Positions 41,016 through 50,009 of a DNA stretch of 64,000 nt are shown here, piece after piece. Numbering within the stretch: the stretch's first letter is position 1; each line of letters begins with the position of its first letter. Origin of the DNA: Phycisphaerae bacterium (GTDB taxonomy: Bacteria > Planctomycetota > Phycisphaerae > UBA1845); contig CAXXGO010000001.1 in NCBI GenBank assembly GCA_963666835.2, positions 512,001-576,000 of the forward strand, read 5' to 3'. The notes under the pieces were generated by a model. It was not told the origin of the DNA. It searched no databases and was given only the letters and a program-made list of their open reading frames with translations. The position numbers and the translations under genes are program-made.

Positions 41016-42326
41016 CTAAACCAGGAAGCTCTGGAACAAGACGGCAAAGCCGAGGAACGCCACAAACCCCACGACGTCCGTGACAGTCGTGAGAATAATG
41101 CTCGAACACTGGGCTGGGTCCCATCCAAGAGACTTCATGATGACCGGGATCGCGGCGCCGGAAAGCCCGGCGAAGAACAGATTGACCACCATTCCCAGGC
41201 CGATGACGAGCCCGAGTATCGCGTTGCCTTGCCAGAACCATGCGACCAATCCTGTCACAATCCCGGTGACCGTCCCGGTCGTAATTCCCAACAACCCTTC
41301 CTTCATCACGAGAGCCAGCACACGGTTGCGAGGTATCTCGCGCATCACGAGTCCGCGCATCACGATTGCCAGAGATTGTGCTCCGGCGTTGCCGCCTTGG
41401 CCGGCGACGACCGGCAAGAAGACTGCCAGAACCGTAATTCTGGCAATCGTGTCCTCGAACAGCGAGACTACGAAAGCGGCCAAGAACGCGGTCGCCAGAT
41501 TAACGTGAAGCCATGGCAGGCGCTTGCGCAGCGAGAAACGAATCGGTGAAAACGCTCGTTCGTCCGGGCTTCCACCGAACATGCGCTGAATGCTCTCGAC
41601 GACGTTCGCCTGAGCGCCCTGAATAAGCTGCTCCGCCTTCACGATACCGAGCATTCGTTTCTCGGCATCCACCACCGGCGCGGCGAAATATCGTCGCTTC
41701 GCAAGCTCTTGCGCGGCCTCAGCACTGTCGAGGAAGCAGTCCAGCGTGAAAACGTCGCGTTTGACCACCGATCCAAGCGGCGCGTCCTCCGCGGCCAGCA
41801 GGAGATCGCGCATGTTGATCACCCCGGTTAGACGCTCCTCGAGGTCGACCACGTAGGCGTACGATGCGGGGTATCGCTGCGATGCGAGCTTGCGTATTTT
41901 CTTCACGGCATCCCGTACCAGCTCACCCTCGTGGAGCGACAGATAGTCGGTGTGCATGATGCGGCCCACGCTTCCCTCGGGGTACACCAGCAAATCCCGG
42001 GCTTCATCCTTCAGCCTCTTGGGGGCGTGCGGCAGAAGCCGTTCAAGAGCATCCCGGGGGAGTCTCATTAGAAGGAATGCACCCCGCTTCGGCTCCATGG
42101 CGCGCACGACGGCCTTGAAACCCGCGGGATCCATGTCTTTGATGAGGGCGGCCGCGAAACTCAGCTGGAGGTGCGGCAGAATCAGGGCATTCATAGTATG
42201 CGGCAGCGCCTTGAATACCTCCACGGCTTCCTCCTCCGGCAAAGCCTCCAGCGTGCGAGCAGCGGTGGCTGCATCTGCGGTAACGTACTTCTCAACGAGC
42301 GGCGTCAGTGGGTTGACTGAGGCCAT
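41016..42326 (-). CDS. mgtE: Magnesium transporter MgtE
   Basis: CBS pair, 'RLPWL', 'PVVAGQGGNAGAQS', 'DPAQ.S.IILTTVTD'. Confidence 0.92.
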   Translation of the reverse strand: MASVNPLTPLVEKYVTADAATAARTLEALPEEEAVEVFKALPHTMNALILPHLQLSFAAALIKDMDPAGFKAVVRAMEPKRGAFLLMRLPRDALERLLPHAPKRLKDEARDLLVYPEGSVGRIMHTDYLSLHEGELVRDAVKKIRKLASQRYPASYAYVVDLEERLTGVINMRDLLLAAEDAPLGSVVKRDVFTLDCFLDSAEAAQELAKRRYFAAPVVDAEKRMLGIVKAEQLIQGAQANVVESIQRMFGGSPDERAFSPIRFSLRKRLPWLHVNLATAFLAAFVVSLFEDTIARITVLAVFLPVVAGQGGNAGAQSLAIVMRGLVMREIPRNRVLALVMKEGLLGITTGTVTGIVTGLVAWFWQGNAILGLVIGLGMVVNLFFAGLSGAAIPVIMKSLGWDPAQCSSIILTTVTDVVGFVAFLGFAVLFQSFLV

Positions 42327-42423
42327 TGGAACAACGCTCCGTAATCCTACTGTGCTCAAGATCGCGAGTGACTTGTCCCAGACGCGAACCAACCATCAGC
42401 TCTTGCCATATACGCTGAACTCA

Positions 42424-43461
42424 TCACCTGATCTCCTTGCGTCCCACAAGCCGTTGTCCCCGGCGTACTTTGCTGCCGCAGGCATCAAGCCATCTCGTGC
42501 GGACTTCCTGCTCGAGCTCGTCCGAATCCATCTCGGACATCGGTACCGATATCTTCCCGCCGGCGCGATGTAGATGCCCGCCAAAGTGCCCTAATCCACG
42601 CAGGACAGGATTCAGTAGGGTTAGCGAGGTGTGCTTATCGCCTTTTGATCTTGCCGAGAAGAGGAAGTCATCGCCAATCCTGGCCCCACAAAGGACGTAC
42701 TGGAGGCCATCGCACCGGATGAGAAGGTCAGCCATTTCTCCAACAATCTCCGGGGCTGTAATTCGAGGCAGGAAACACACCGCCGAGTCCGCGTAGACCA
42801 GAACGCTGTCCAGGCCGAGCAGCAATTCCTCGTAGTAATACCTAGGAAGCGGCGGATTTTCGATCTCGGAGAGGACGCCATACTCCACGAATCCGGAAAG
42901 CCACCGCAAGGCGGTATGATCCACTCGGGACAGTGCTTTACGGGCGCCGATCATCTCCGTACGAATGGCATACAGAAGGGCAGTAGCGACAGCAGGAGGA
43001 GGCTCGATCCGTTGTTCGCGCATGTATTCCGTCGCGATACTCGCCGAAGCCGTGACCTTGGGGCGCATGTCGCGGAACGGAAGTCGAAAGCCGTCGCTCT
43101 TTGATTCATGATGATCAATGACGGCAACGGGCGCTTTATCCCCGCCAAGCAAATGATTGACAGATGCGGGTGAACAGTCAACCAACACGGTTGCCGTGCG
43201 CACGCCCGGGTCAATCTCCTCGACAAGCTCGATGGGCGGCTGAAGTAACTTGAGGAGCTGGACGTTCTCGGCTCGGAGGACAGGTCCGCGCCCGAGCAGG
43301 CGTACAGGTTTATGCAGCCGGCTGCCCACGAGCAGAAGAAGGGCCCAGCCCGTGGCGATGGCATCCGGATCCGGGTTGTTGTGCATAATCACCATCGTGT
43401 CGTCGTATTCATCGAGGACGCTCAGCAGACGATCGGAACGTTTCCGTTTCTGGCTTGCCAT
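42424..43461 (-). CDS. DHH-family phosphoesterase
   Basis: HNNPDPDA, LVD, IDHH, GGH..RAGG. Confidence 0.88.
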   Translation of the reverse strand: MASQKRKRSDRLLSVLDEYDDTMVIMHNNPDPDAIATGWALLLLVGSRLHKPVRLLGRGPVLRAENVQLLKLLQPPIELVEEIDPGVRTATVLVDCSPASVNHLLGGDKAPVAVIDHHESKSDGFRLPFRDMRPKVTASASIATEYMREQRIEPPPAVATALLYAIRTEMIGARKALSRVDHTALRWLSGFVEYGVLSEIENPPLPRYYYEELLLGLDSVLVYADSAVCFLPRITAPEIVGEMADLLIRCDGLQYVLCGARIGDDFLFSARSKGDKHTSLTLLNPVLRGLGHFGGHLHRAGGKISVPMSEMDSDELEQEVRTRWLDACGSKVRRGQRLVGRKEIR

Positions 43462-43544
43462 CACAATCACCTTGGTTCCCAAAGACCGATGCTATCCGCA
43501 CGTCGGCTACGCAAAACTAACCTGGACGAGCGCCCGAAGCATCG

Positions 43545-45020
43545 CTATTGCCCGTCCGGCGGTAAAACGCCTCCCTCGGCGCTTTCACTTATGATGTCCA
43601 ATTTCACATTTACCTCCGTAGGCTGATCGCCCTCTAGCCGCATGTGCTGCGGCACGACCAGCTTGGCTTTGAGCTCCGAGGCAGCAGTGAGTCGGCTGAG
43701 ATCGATCGTCTCCGTGTAGATCTTTGTTGTCGACGACTTGTACGAACGCCAGATGAGCACCTGCACCGTATCGGGTATCACCTTGATTTCCCGTTGCCTC
43801 AGCTCCTTTGGGAGGCGCCCCTCGGTTCGTAGTTCGACAACCACACGTGCTCGCACCCAGGTGTGGACCCCGAATTGGACGATCCGAGGTGCAGACCGAA
43901 ACAGCGCCAGATTCGAGGGGAGCTTGACATGCGACTCGTCGATGACGATCTGCTGTGGCCCCTCCTGGACGTTATTTAGGTCAAGGGACACCTTGAGTGT
44001 GCTGGGCGCCAGCAAGTTGAAGGCACGCTCAAAGCCGGCTAGTGTAATCCGGGCCTCCGTTGGGGCGGAATCGTCGATGTCCATCGTGTCCGGCAGGTTG
44101 CGGTATTCAACGGGTACGACAAACGTCTTCTGAACGGTTTCGGCATCGAAGCTGATGAGACACCAGGCGACGCAAGCCACAAGAACAGCTGCTAGCTTCA
44201 GTCCGAGATTCTGGATAGGTAACCGCTGCCGACCATCGGTCGCTTCACGAGGCCGCACACGCTGCAAAAAACGATCCAGGCGCTGCTTGAGTTCTACGGG
44301 CGAGTCGACTTTCCTGAGTTTTCCGGCCTCTGCGATGCTAACTTCCCCACGTTCTTCCGACACCACGACAACCATCGCGTCACAAAGTTCGGACAGGCCC
44401 ACCGCCGCGCTGTGTCGCGTTCCTCGGACGTTAATCTCCCTTATGTTCTCGGATAGCGGCAAGTGTGCTGCGAACTGAGATATACGATCCTGGTCGATGA
44501 TCACCGCGCCATCATGGCCCATGGAGTGCGGGTCGAAGATGCTGTCGAGCAGCGCCTTACTGATTTGTGCATCGACGGCAACGCTGCCTCGCACGTGTCG
44601 ATCGAGGGCTTCCGTGCCTCGAACGACGAGAAGAGCTCCAGTCTTCTTCTTCGCCAAATCGAACGCGATCTCAACAAGAACGTCTAGATTTTCATCCACT
44701 GTTTGAGTGCGGAATCGGTGGAGATTTCCCAGCAATGCAAGGCGCGCAAAGGACCTGCGCAGATCTTGCTGGAACACCACAATTGCGGCGATCGCGGCGA
44801 AGGCCAGGCCCGCCTGGAATATGGCGGTAGTCATGTAGAGATCAAACGCCCGCGCCAAAAGGTACACGATGGTGAGCACGCCGATGCCGACCAAAATCTG
44901 TCGGGATGCGGTCGACTTGAACCACATGAAGAAGGCGTAGATTAACAACGAAACCAGCGCGATGTCCGCCGCATCGGCGAGCCGGAATGTTCGCTGCAAT
45001 TGCTCAAGGATCGACATCAT
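43545..45020 (-). CDS. Membrane diadenylate cyclase (DisA_N/CdaA-like) fused to YbbR-like domains
   Basis: 3 N-terminal TM segments, VFQQDLRR, HDGA, GTRHSAA, VSEERG, further TM segment then beta-rich repeats. Confidence 0.88.
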   Translation of the reverse strand: MMSILEQLQRTFRLADAADIALVSLLIYAFFMWFKSTASRQILVGIGVLTIVYLLARAFDLYMTTAIFQAGLAFAAIAAIVVFQQDLRRSFARLALLGNLHRFRTQTVDENLDVLVEIAFDLAKKKTGALLVVRGTEALDRHVRGSVAVDAQISKALLDSIFDPHSMGHDGAVIIDQDRISQFAAHLPLSENIREINVRGTRHSAAVGLSELCDAMVVVVSEERGEVSIAEAGKLRKVDSPVELKQRLDRFLQRVRPREATDGRQRLPIQNLGLKLAAVLVACVAWCLISFDAETVQKTFVVPVEYRNLPDTMDIDDSAPTEARITLAGFERAFNLLAPSTLKVSLDLNNVQEGPQQIVIDESHVKLPSNLALFRSAPRIVQFGVHTWVRARVVVELRTEGRLPKELRQREIKVIPDTVQVLIWRSYKSSTTKIYTETIDLSRLTAASELKAKLVVPQHMRLEGDQPTEVNVKLDIISESAEGGVLPPDGQ

Positions 45021-45114
45021 GTTCTGACCTCATCTGCAACCGAACCTGGAATGCCTGGTGTCGGCGGGCAGCCCATCGGCGTCAAGCAGACTGTCGATAC
45101 AGCTCCGAGGTTCG

Positions 45115-46170
45115 TCACTGGTCCTTGCCCTGCTCTTTCGTTCGGTGAATCCGTCCGGCTGCGCCTCGACGCGCGAGTGCCTGCATGTCTTCTGCCAAAT
45201 CCGTTTCATCGACGATCTCTCTGCCGATGAGCGACTCGATTACATCCTCCAGGGTGACAATGCCGGCGAGGCCGCCGTACTCGTCGACTACGCCGAAAAT
45301 GTGTTGCCGCTGCTTTATGAACTCGTTGAGTAAGAGGTGTCCTGGTGCGCTTTCCGGAACGAAATGAAGCGGCTTGCACAGAGTCTCCGCCGCCGCGTCG
45401 AATTGATCTGCGGCAAGCTGCCCGACGACGTCGTCCTTGAGCACAAAGCCGATCCACTTCTCGGGATCATCGCTGTCAAAAACAGGGACACGCGTATGTT
45501 GCCAGGCGGGGGCAATATCTCTCAGCTCTCCGACGGTCGTCCGTGAAGAAGTACGGGTGACCACCGTGCGGGGTGTCATGATGTCTTTGGCGGTAACGTC
45601 GTTGAGTTGCAGGACATTGTTGATCAGTTCCGCCTCGGACGGCAGTATGCTGCCCTCCTCCGCACTTATTGCCGCGAAATGCCACACTTCCTCCTCCGAC
45701 GCGATCTGCGGTGCCTCGTTGGGTTGAAAGACGCGCGCTACGCGCTGACTCAGCCAAACGAGCGGAAACAGCCCCTTTATCACCGCGTCAAGGGGGTGGC
45801 TGAGCGCTCGTGCAATCGGTCGACTGAACGCGACGCCGGCCACCTTGGGAATAATCTCGGAAAGAAACAACACGGCGATCGTGAAACTCGCTGCGAACCA
45901 GATCACGGATGCGTCACCGAAGAGGTACCTCGCCTGCGCCCCTGCGACCGCCGCGCCCGCCGTATTCGCGACGGTGTTGAGTATGAGGATGGCCGTGATT
46001 GGCCGCTCCATGTTCTTCTTGAACTTCTCGAGCAGCGTGCCCGCGGCATGTCCGCCTTCGACGAGCTGGCGAACATACGGCATTCTGACCGCGTACAATG
46101 CGGCCTCGCTCAGCGAACACAGGGCGGAGACGACCAAGACAACAATGATTGAGGTGATGAGAATTGTCAC
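45115..46170 (-). CDS. CNNM/DUF21 + CBS domain protein (CorB/hemolysin-like)
   Basis: CSLSEAAL, ILILNT, SEIIPK, IMTPR, VDEYGG..GIVTLED. Confidence 0.9.
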   Translation of the reverse strand: MTILITSIIVVLVVSALCSLSEAALYAVRMPYVRQLVEGGHAAGTLLEKFKKNMERPITAILILNTVANTAGAAVAGAQARYLFGDASVIWFAASFTIAVLFLSEIIPKVAGVAFSRPIARALSHPLDAVIKGLFPLVWLSQRVARVFQPNEAPQIASEEEVWHFAAISAEEGSILPSEAELINNVLQLNDVTAKDIMTPRTVVTRTSSRTTVGELRDIAPAWQHTRVPVFDSDDPEKWIGFVLKDDVVGQLAADQFDAAAETLCKPLHFVPESAPGHLLLNEFIKQRQHIFGVVDEYGGLAGIVTLEDVIESLIGREIVDETDLAEDMQALARRGAAGRIHRTKEQGKDQ

Positions 46171-47052
46171 CGTCCTTCTCCTCCACGACTCCGGATCATT
46201 CCGTTGTTCTTCTTGCGGGTCGTAAGACCGCGAGTCAGCGTCCGATCTAACATCGTGCGATCGGTGAGGTAGACAGCCGGGGTTGGCAGATGGCGGGTCG
46301 TGGGGGCAACCGCCGCCACCAGACCGGCGATCGTGTTCGAGGCACCCGCGGGGGCCTGGGCCGCGACGAACACGCCCCAGGTTGGCGCGCCCATGATCTG
46401 GCGGCACGCCCGGTCGTACAGCAAGGATCGGGACCCGACCTCACCTCGACCTTCCAGAATCCGATCTTCGGGTTGCATGCCGCCCATCATCGCAAAGACA
46501 CCGTTCCGGCCGCCCAGAGCTGAACCTGGCTGACGCTCCGGGAGCCCTGGATTAGACCCGTGAGGGGGGCGGCTGGCAACGTGGGTCGTCCCGATTCGCG
46601 GCTCGTGGGGTCCCTCCGGCCGCTGCAGGTGACGGTCTCCGCGCTCTGATTGCCGATTACCTTATGAGGCAGCGTCGATTGCGTATTGGCGGGCTCTCAG
46701 GCTGATCGCGGGCTACGTCAGAGGCTCGAGATGCCGCGCGTGAGGAGGATCGTGCTCAAAGCATGGGCATCCCTGGATCCAGGAGCCCGCCCTGCCCCAG
46801 GCGTCGGGGCCTCTGTACAATCGGGTCAGGCTCAAGATCCAGGGCTTGAGATTCGGGACAGCCCCACTATGACTCGCACGGTTCGACGCGGCGGGGAGTC
46901 GGATGAGAAAGCCGTCAGCCAGCGGGGCCCGTAATCAGGCGCGATTGGGGGCAGCCGGCGTTGCTCGTTTTCGAGCATAGACGCACATTAGGGCGGCTGC
47001 GATCGGTTGGCCACGTGACCGCGTCGCAGGTTCAGTGCGTTGGGAGGCCCAT

Positions 47053-47705
47053 ATGTCGAAGTTCCGCGTTGCACACTTGTCGTTGTTCGTTGCCATCCAA
47101 CTGGCGATCTTGGCTGGGTTTGTGCTGGCCATTGTCGAGCGGCACTGGCTCGACGCATTCGCGGTGGCCTGCATCATGTTGTTGACTCTCTTGCCGGCTC
47201 TCCTCCAACGACGATTCCACGTCTTGATCCCGCCGGAGTTCGAGTTGCTGGTCATCATTTTTGTCTTCGCTTCGCTGTTCCTCGGTGAAGTCCGGGGCTA
47301 CTACCTGCGCTTCTGGTGGTGGGACTTGGTACTGCACGCCGGCTCTGCCCTGCTTCTCGGCATGCTCGGCTTCATGCTGGTGTATGTGCTGAACGAGGAG
47401 CGCCGAATCCAGCTTCACATGAGACCGGGGTTTGTGGCGTTCTTCTCATTCACGTTTTCCCTGGGGGTCGGCGCCCTTTGTGGGAGATCTTCGAGTTCGG
47501 AATGGATGGCATCTTCGGCCTGAACATGCAAAAGAGCGGTCTCGTCGACACGATGTGGGACCTGATTGTCGATGCTGCCGGCGCGCTAATCGTCGCGCTG
47601 CTGGGCTATGTCTGGATAAGGAGCGGCACGGAGTCCTTCGTATCGCGCTGGATCGCCAAATTTGTGCAAGCCAACCCTCAGTTCTTCGAGCGCCGTAAGC
47701 GATGA
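47053..47705 (+). pseudogene. Membrane protein (DUF2238-like), frameshifted near 47478
   Basis: 'WWWDLVLH' in one frame continues as 'LWEIFEF...GLVDTMWDLIVD' in another. Confidence 0.7.
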
Positions 47706-47719
47706 GCCAAGCCCTTGGG

Positions 47720-47958
47720 TTGAGCCTCGTCTCGACCAGCTGGGTCCTCGCTTGCTTGAGCAGGTCCCGGTCCCTTTTCGGTCGGCAGCGACAGGACCAG
47801 TTGCTGTTCAGCCGCGGTCAGAACGCCCAGGACGGAAACCATGACGAGGTGGGGAATCAAGTATACCTGGATATTCTCGTGCTCTGGCACATAAACTTGT
47901 GTTCAAAACGCCTGATGCCCTCGCATACGGCGGCCTCGATCTCTCCCTGTGTTTTCAT
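47720..47958 (-). pseudogene. Degenerate DUF2294 subtype A
   Basis: 'MKTQGEIEAAVCEGIRRFE' then 'GVLTAAEQQLV' in a shifted frame; paralogous to 12590-12970. Confidence 0.8.
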
Positions 47959-48190
47959 TGTGACCCCGCACGTGTCCTGCCCAGCGGTTGACGCGTTGCC
48001 AGGCCGAGACGGCGACTCCGCCACACCCGAAACCCTCGCCTGTCGGCTCCTTGCACGACAGGACGTCGAACCATGGACGCAGAATCTACCTACCTTTCCA
48101 AGAATCTGGCTACCGCTGGCGAGGCGAGGACGTATAATATAGCAGTGAGCGGGGTCGCGGCGTACCATGCGGCGGGTCCGACCGCTGTTC

Positions 48191-48296
48191 TCGGATGACT
48201 TAATGAAGGGCAACCCGGCGCTGCCGGGTGGCCCGTTGAAGAGTAAGCCGACGTGGTTGAGCACTTACGGGTGCTTGGCCGCGTCGGCTTTTTTTT
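48191..48296 (+). ncRNA. Repeated cis-regulatory leader, copy 5 (terminator 48247-48296)
   Basis: Same motif; TATAAT at 48133-48138; upstream of groEL. Confidence 0.85.
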
Positions 48297-48360
48297 CGCC
48301 TGCGGTGGGGCGTGAGATGGCCGCCACCGCCGGAGACGAACGCACTGCGGAGAGAACTAC

Positions 48361-49980
48361 ATGCCGCCAAAGACGATTGCATATGCTGACCGAGGCCGAG
48401 AGGTGATCCGGCGCGGCGTGAGGCAACTTGCCCGCGCAGTGAAAGGAACCCTGGGCCCGCGCGGACGAAACGTCATGTTCAATAAGGGCTTCGGCCCACC
48501 GCTGATCACGCGCGACGGCGCGACCGTCGCCAAGCAGATCGATCTGCCCGACCCCATGGAGAACATCGGGGCCCAGATGATCAAGGAGGTGGCCAGGAAG
48601 ACAGCCAAAGACGCAGGCGACGGAACAACCACCGCCACGATCTACGCTGAAGCGATCTTCGAGGAAGGGCTGAAGAACATCACCGCCGGAGCAGAGGCCA
48701 TGGAAGTGCGGCGGGGTATCGAGCGCGCCGTCGCTGCGGTGGTAGAGGCTCTCAAGAACATGTCGGTGGATATTAAGAGCACCGACCAGATGGTGCGGGT
48801 CGCGACCTGTGCGGCCAACCACGATGAGAACGTCGGGCGTATCGTCGCCGAAGCCATGGAGTCAATCGGCCGCATAGGTGTTCCTACGATCGAGGAGGGT
48901 CAAAGTCTCGACATTACTGTCGAGCGTGTCGACGGCCTCCAATTCGATAAGGGTTTCCTATCGCCCTACTTCATCAACGAGGCCGCTAAGGGGCAGTGCT
49001 GCCTGGAGAAGCCGTACATCTTGGTCCACGAGAAGAAGATCTCCTCGGCAAAGGACTTCCTCCCCCTGTTGGAAGAAATAGCACAGAGTGGGAGGCCATT
49101 GTTGGTGATCGCGGAGGATGTCGACGGGGAGGCCCTCACAACGCTGGTCGTCAATCAGCTTCGAGGGACCTTGCAGTCTGCCGCAGTCAAGGCTCCCGGC
49201 TTCGGCGATCGGCGAGGGGCGATGATGGAGGACATCGCGATTATGACCGGTGCCCGGGCTTTGTTGGAAAGTCTGGGCACCAAGCTGGAGAACGTTTCCC
49301 TCGCGGACCTCGGGCAAGCCGAGAAGGTGATCATCGAGAAGGAGCAAACCACGATCATAGGCGGCTCCGGCTCGAAGGACAGCGTCGACGCGCGGATTGC
49401 TCAAACCAAGAAGGAGATGGACCTAACCACGTCCGACTATGACCGCGAGCAGCTCGAAAAGCGTTTGGCCAAGCTGACCGGAGGAATCGCGCGGATCAAG
49501 GTCGGCGGCGCCACCGAACTTGAGGTCAACCACCGTAAGGAGTTGATTGAGGACGCGCTTCAGGCCTGCCGCGCCGCGCTCGAGGAGGGTGTACTCCCGG
49601 GAGGAGGCGTCGCGGTGCTGCGCTGCCTTCCCGCGTTGGACAAGATGCGCAAGACGTTGATCGGAGATCAGAGAATCGGCTCCGATATCGTCAGCCGAGC
49701 CCTTCGAAGCCCGATCAAGCAAATCGCCAAGAATGCCGGGCAGGACGGTTCAATCGTCCTCAACAAGGTGCTCTCGTCTGATAGCGCAAGCTTCGGATAC
49801 AACGCGCTCACCGACAAGTACGGCGACCTCGTGGCGATGGGTGTGATCGTGCCGACCAAGGTGGAGCGGGTAGCGTTGCAGAATGCCTCCTCAGTTGCGG
49901 CGCTCCTGCTGACGACAGACGCCGTGATATGCGAGATCAAGAAGGGAGAGAGCCAAGATCCGTCGCGCAACTCCTCTTAG
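48361..49980 (+). CDS. groEL: Chaperonin GroEL
   Basis: TLGPRGRNV, GDGTTTAT, KAPGFGDRR, RLAKLTGG. Confidence 0.96.
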   Translation: MPPKTIAYADRGREVIRRGVRQLARAVKGTLGPRGRNVMFNKGFGPPLITRDGATVAKQIDLPDPMENIGAQMIKEVARKTAKDAGDGTTTATIYAEAIFEEGLKNITAGAEAMEVRRGIERAVAAVVEALKNMSVDIKSTDQMVRVATCAANHDENVGRIVAEAMESIGRIGVPTIEEGQSLDITVERVDGLQFDKGFLSPYFINEAAKGQCCLEKPYILVHEKKISSAKDFLPLLEEIAQSGRPLLVIAEDVDGEALTTLVVNQLRGTLQSAAVKAPGFGDRRGAMMEDIAIMTGARALLESLGTKLENVSLADLGQAEKVIIEKEQTTIIGGSGSKDSVDARIAQTKKEMDLTTSDYDREQLEKRLAKLTGGIARIKVGGATELEVNHRKELIEDALQACRAALEEGVLPGGGVAVLRCLPALDKMRKTLIGDQRIGSDIVSRALRSPIKQIAKNAGQDGSIVLNKVLSSDSASFGYNALTDKYGDLVAMGVIVPTKVERVALQNASSVAALLLTTDAVICEIKKGESQDPSRNSS

Positions 49981-50009
49981 TCGAGACGGCACAACAGGAG
50001 GAATGGACG

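Noticed and set aside
31545..47480. Small frameshifts (near 31550, 33710 and 47478) as programmed frameshifting
   Set aside because: No slippery heptamer or stimulatory structure is evident; decay or sequencing indels explain them, and I cannot distinguish these without reads.
9884..48296. The five-copy repeat as a CRISPR array, MITE or REP element
   Set aside because: Copies are dispersed, have no spacers, TIRs or target duplications, and are always oriented 5' of genes.
9835..48406. Recurrent ORFs across the leader ('MKGNPA..GG.LKSKPTWL' on +, 'HVGLLFNEPPG..LPFIKSS' on -) as a protein family or leader peptide
   Set aside because: The ATG is not conserved (ATAAAG in copy 1), frames differ in length and diverge outside the motif, and substitutions track base-pairing rather than codons.
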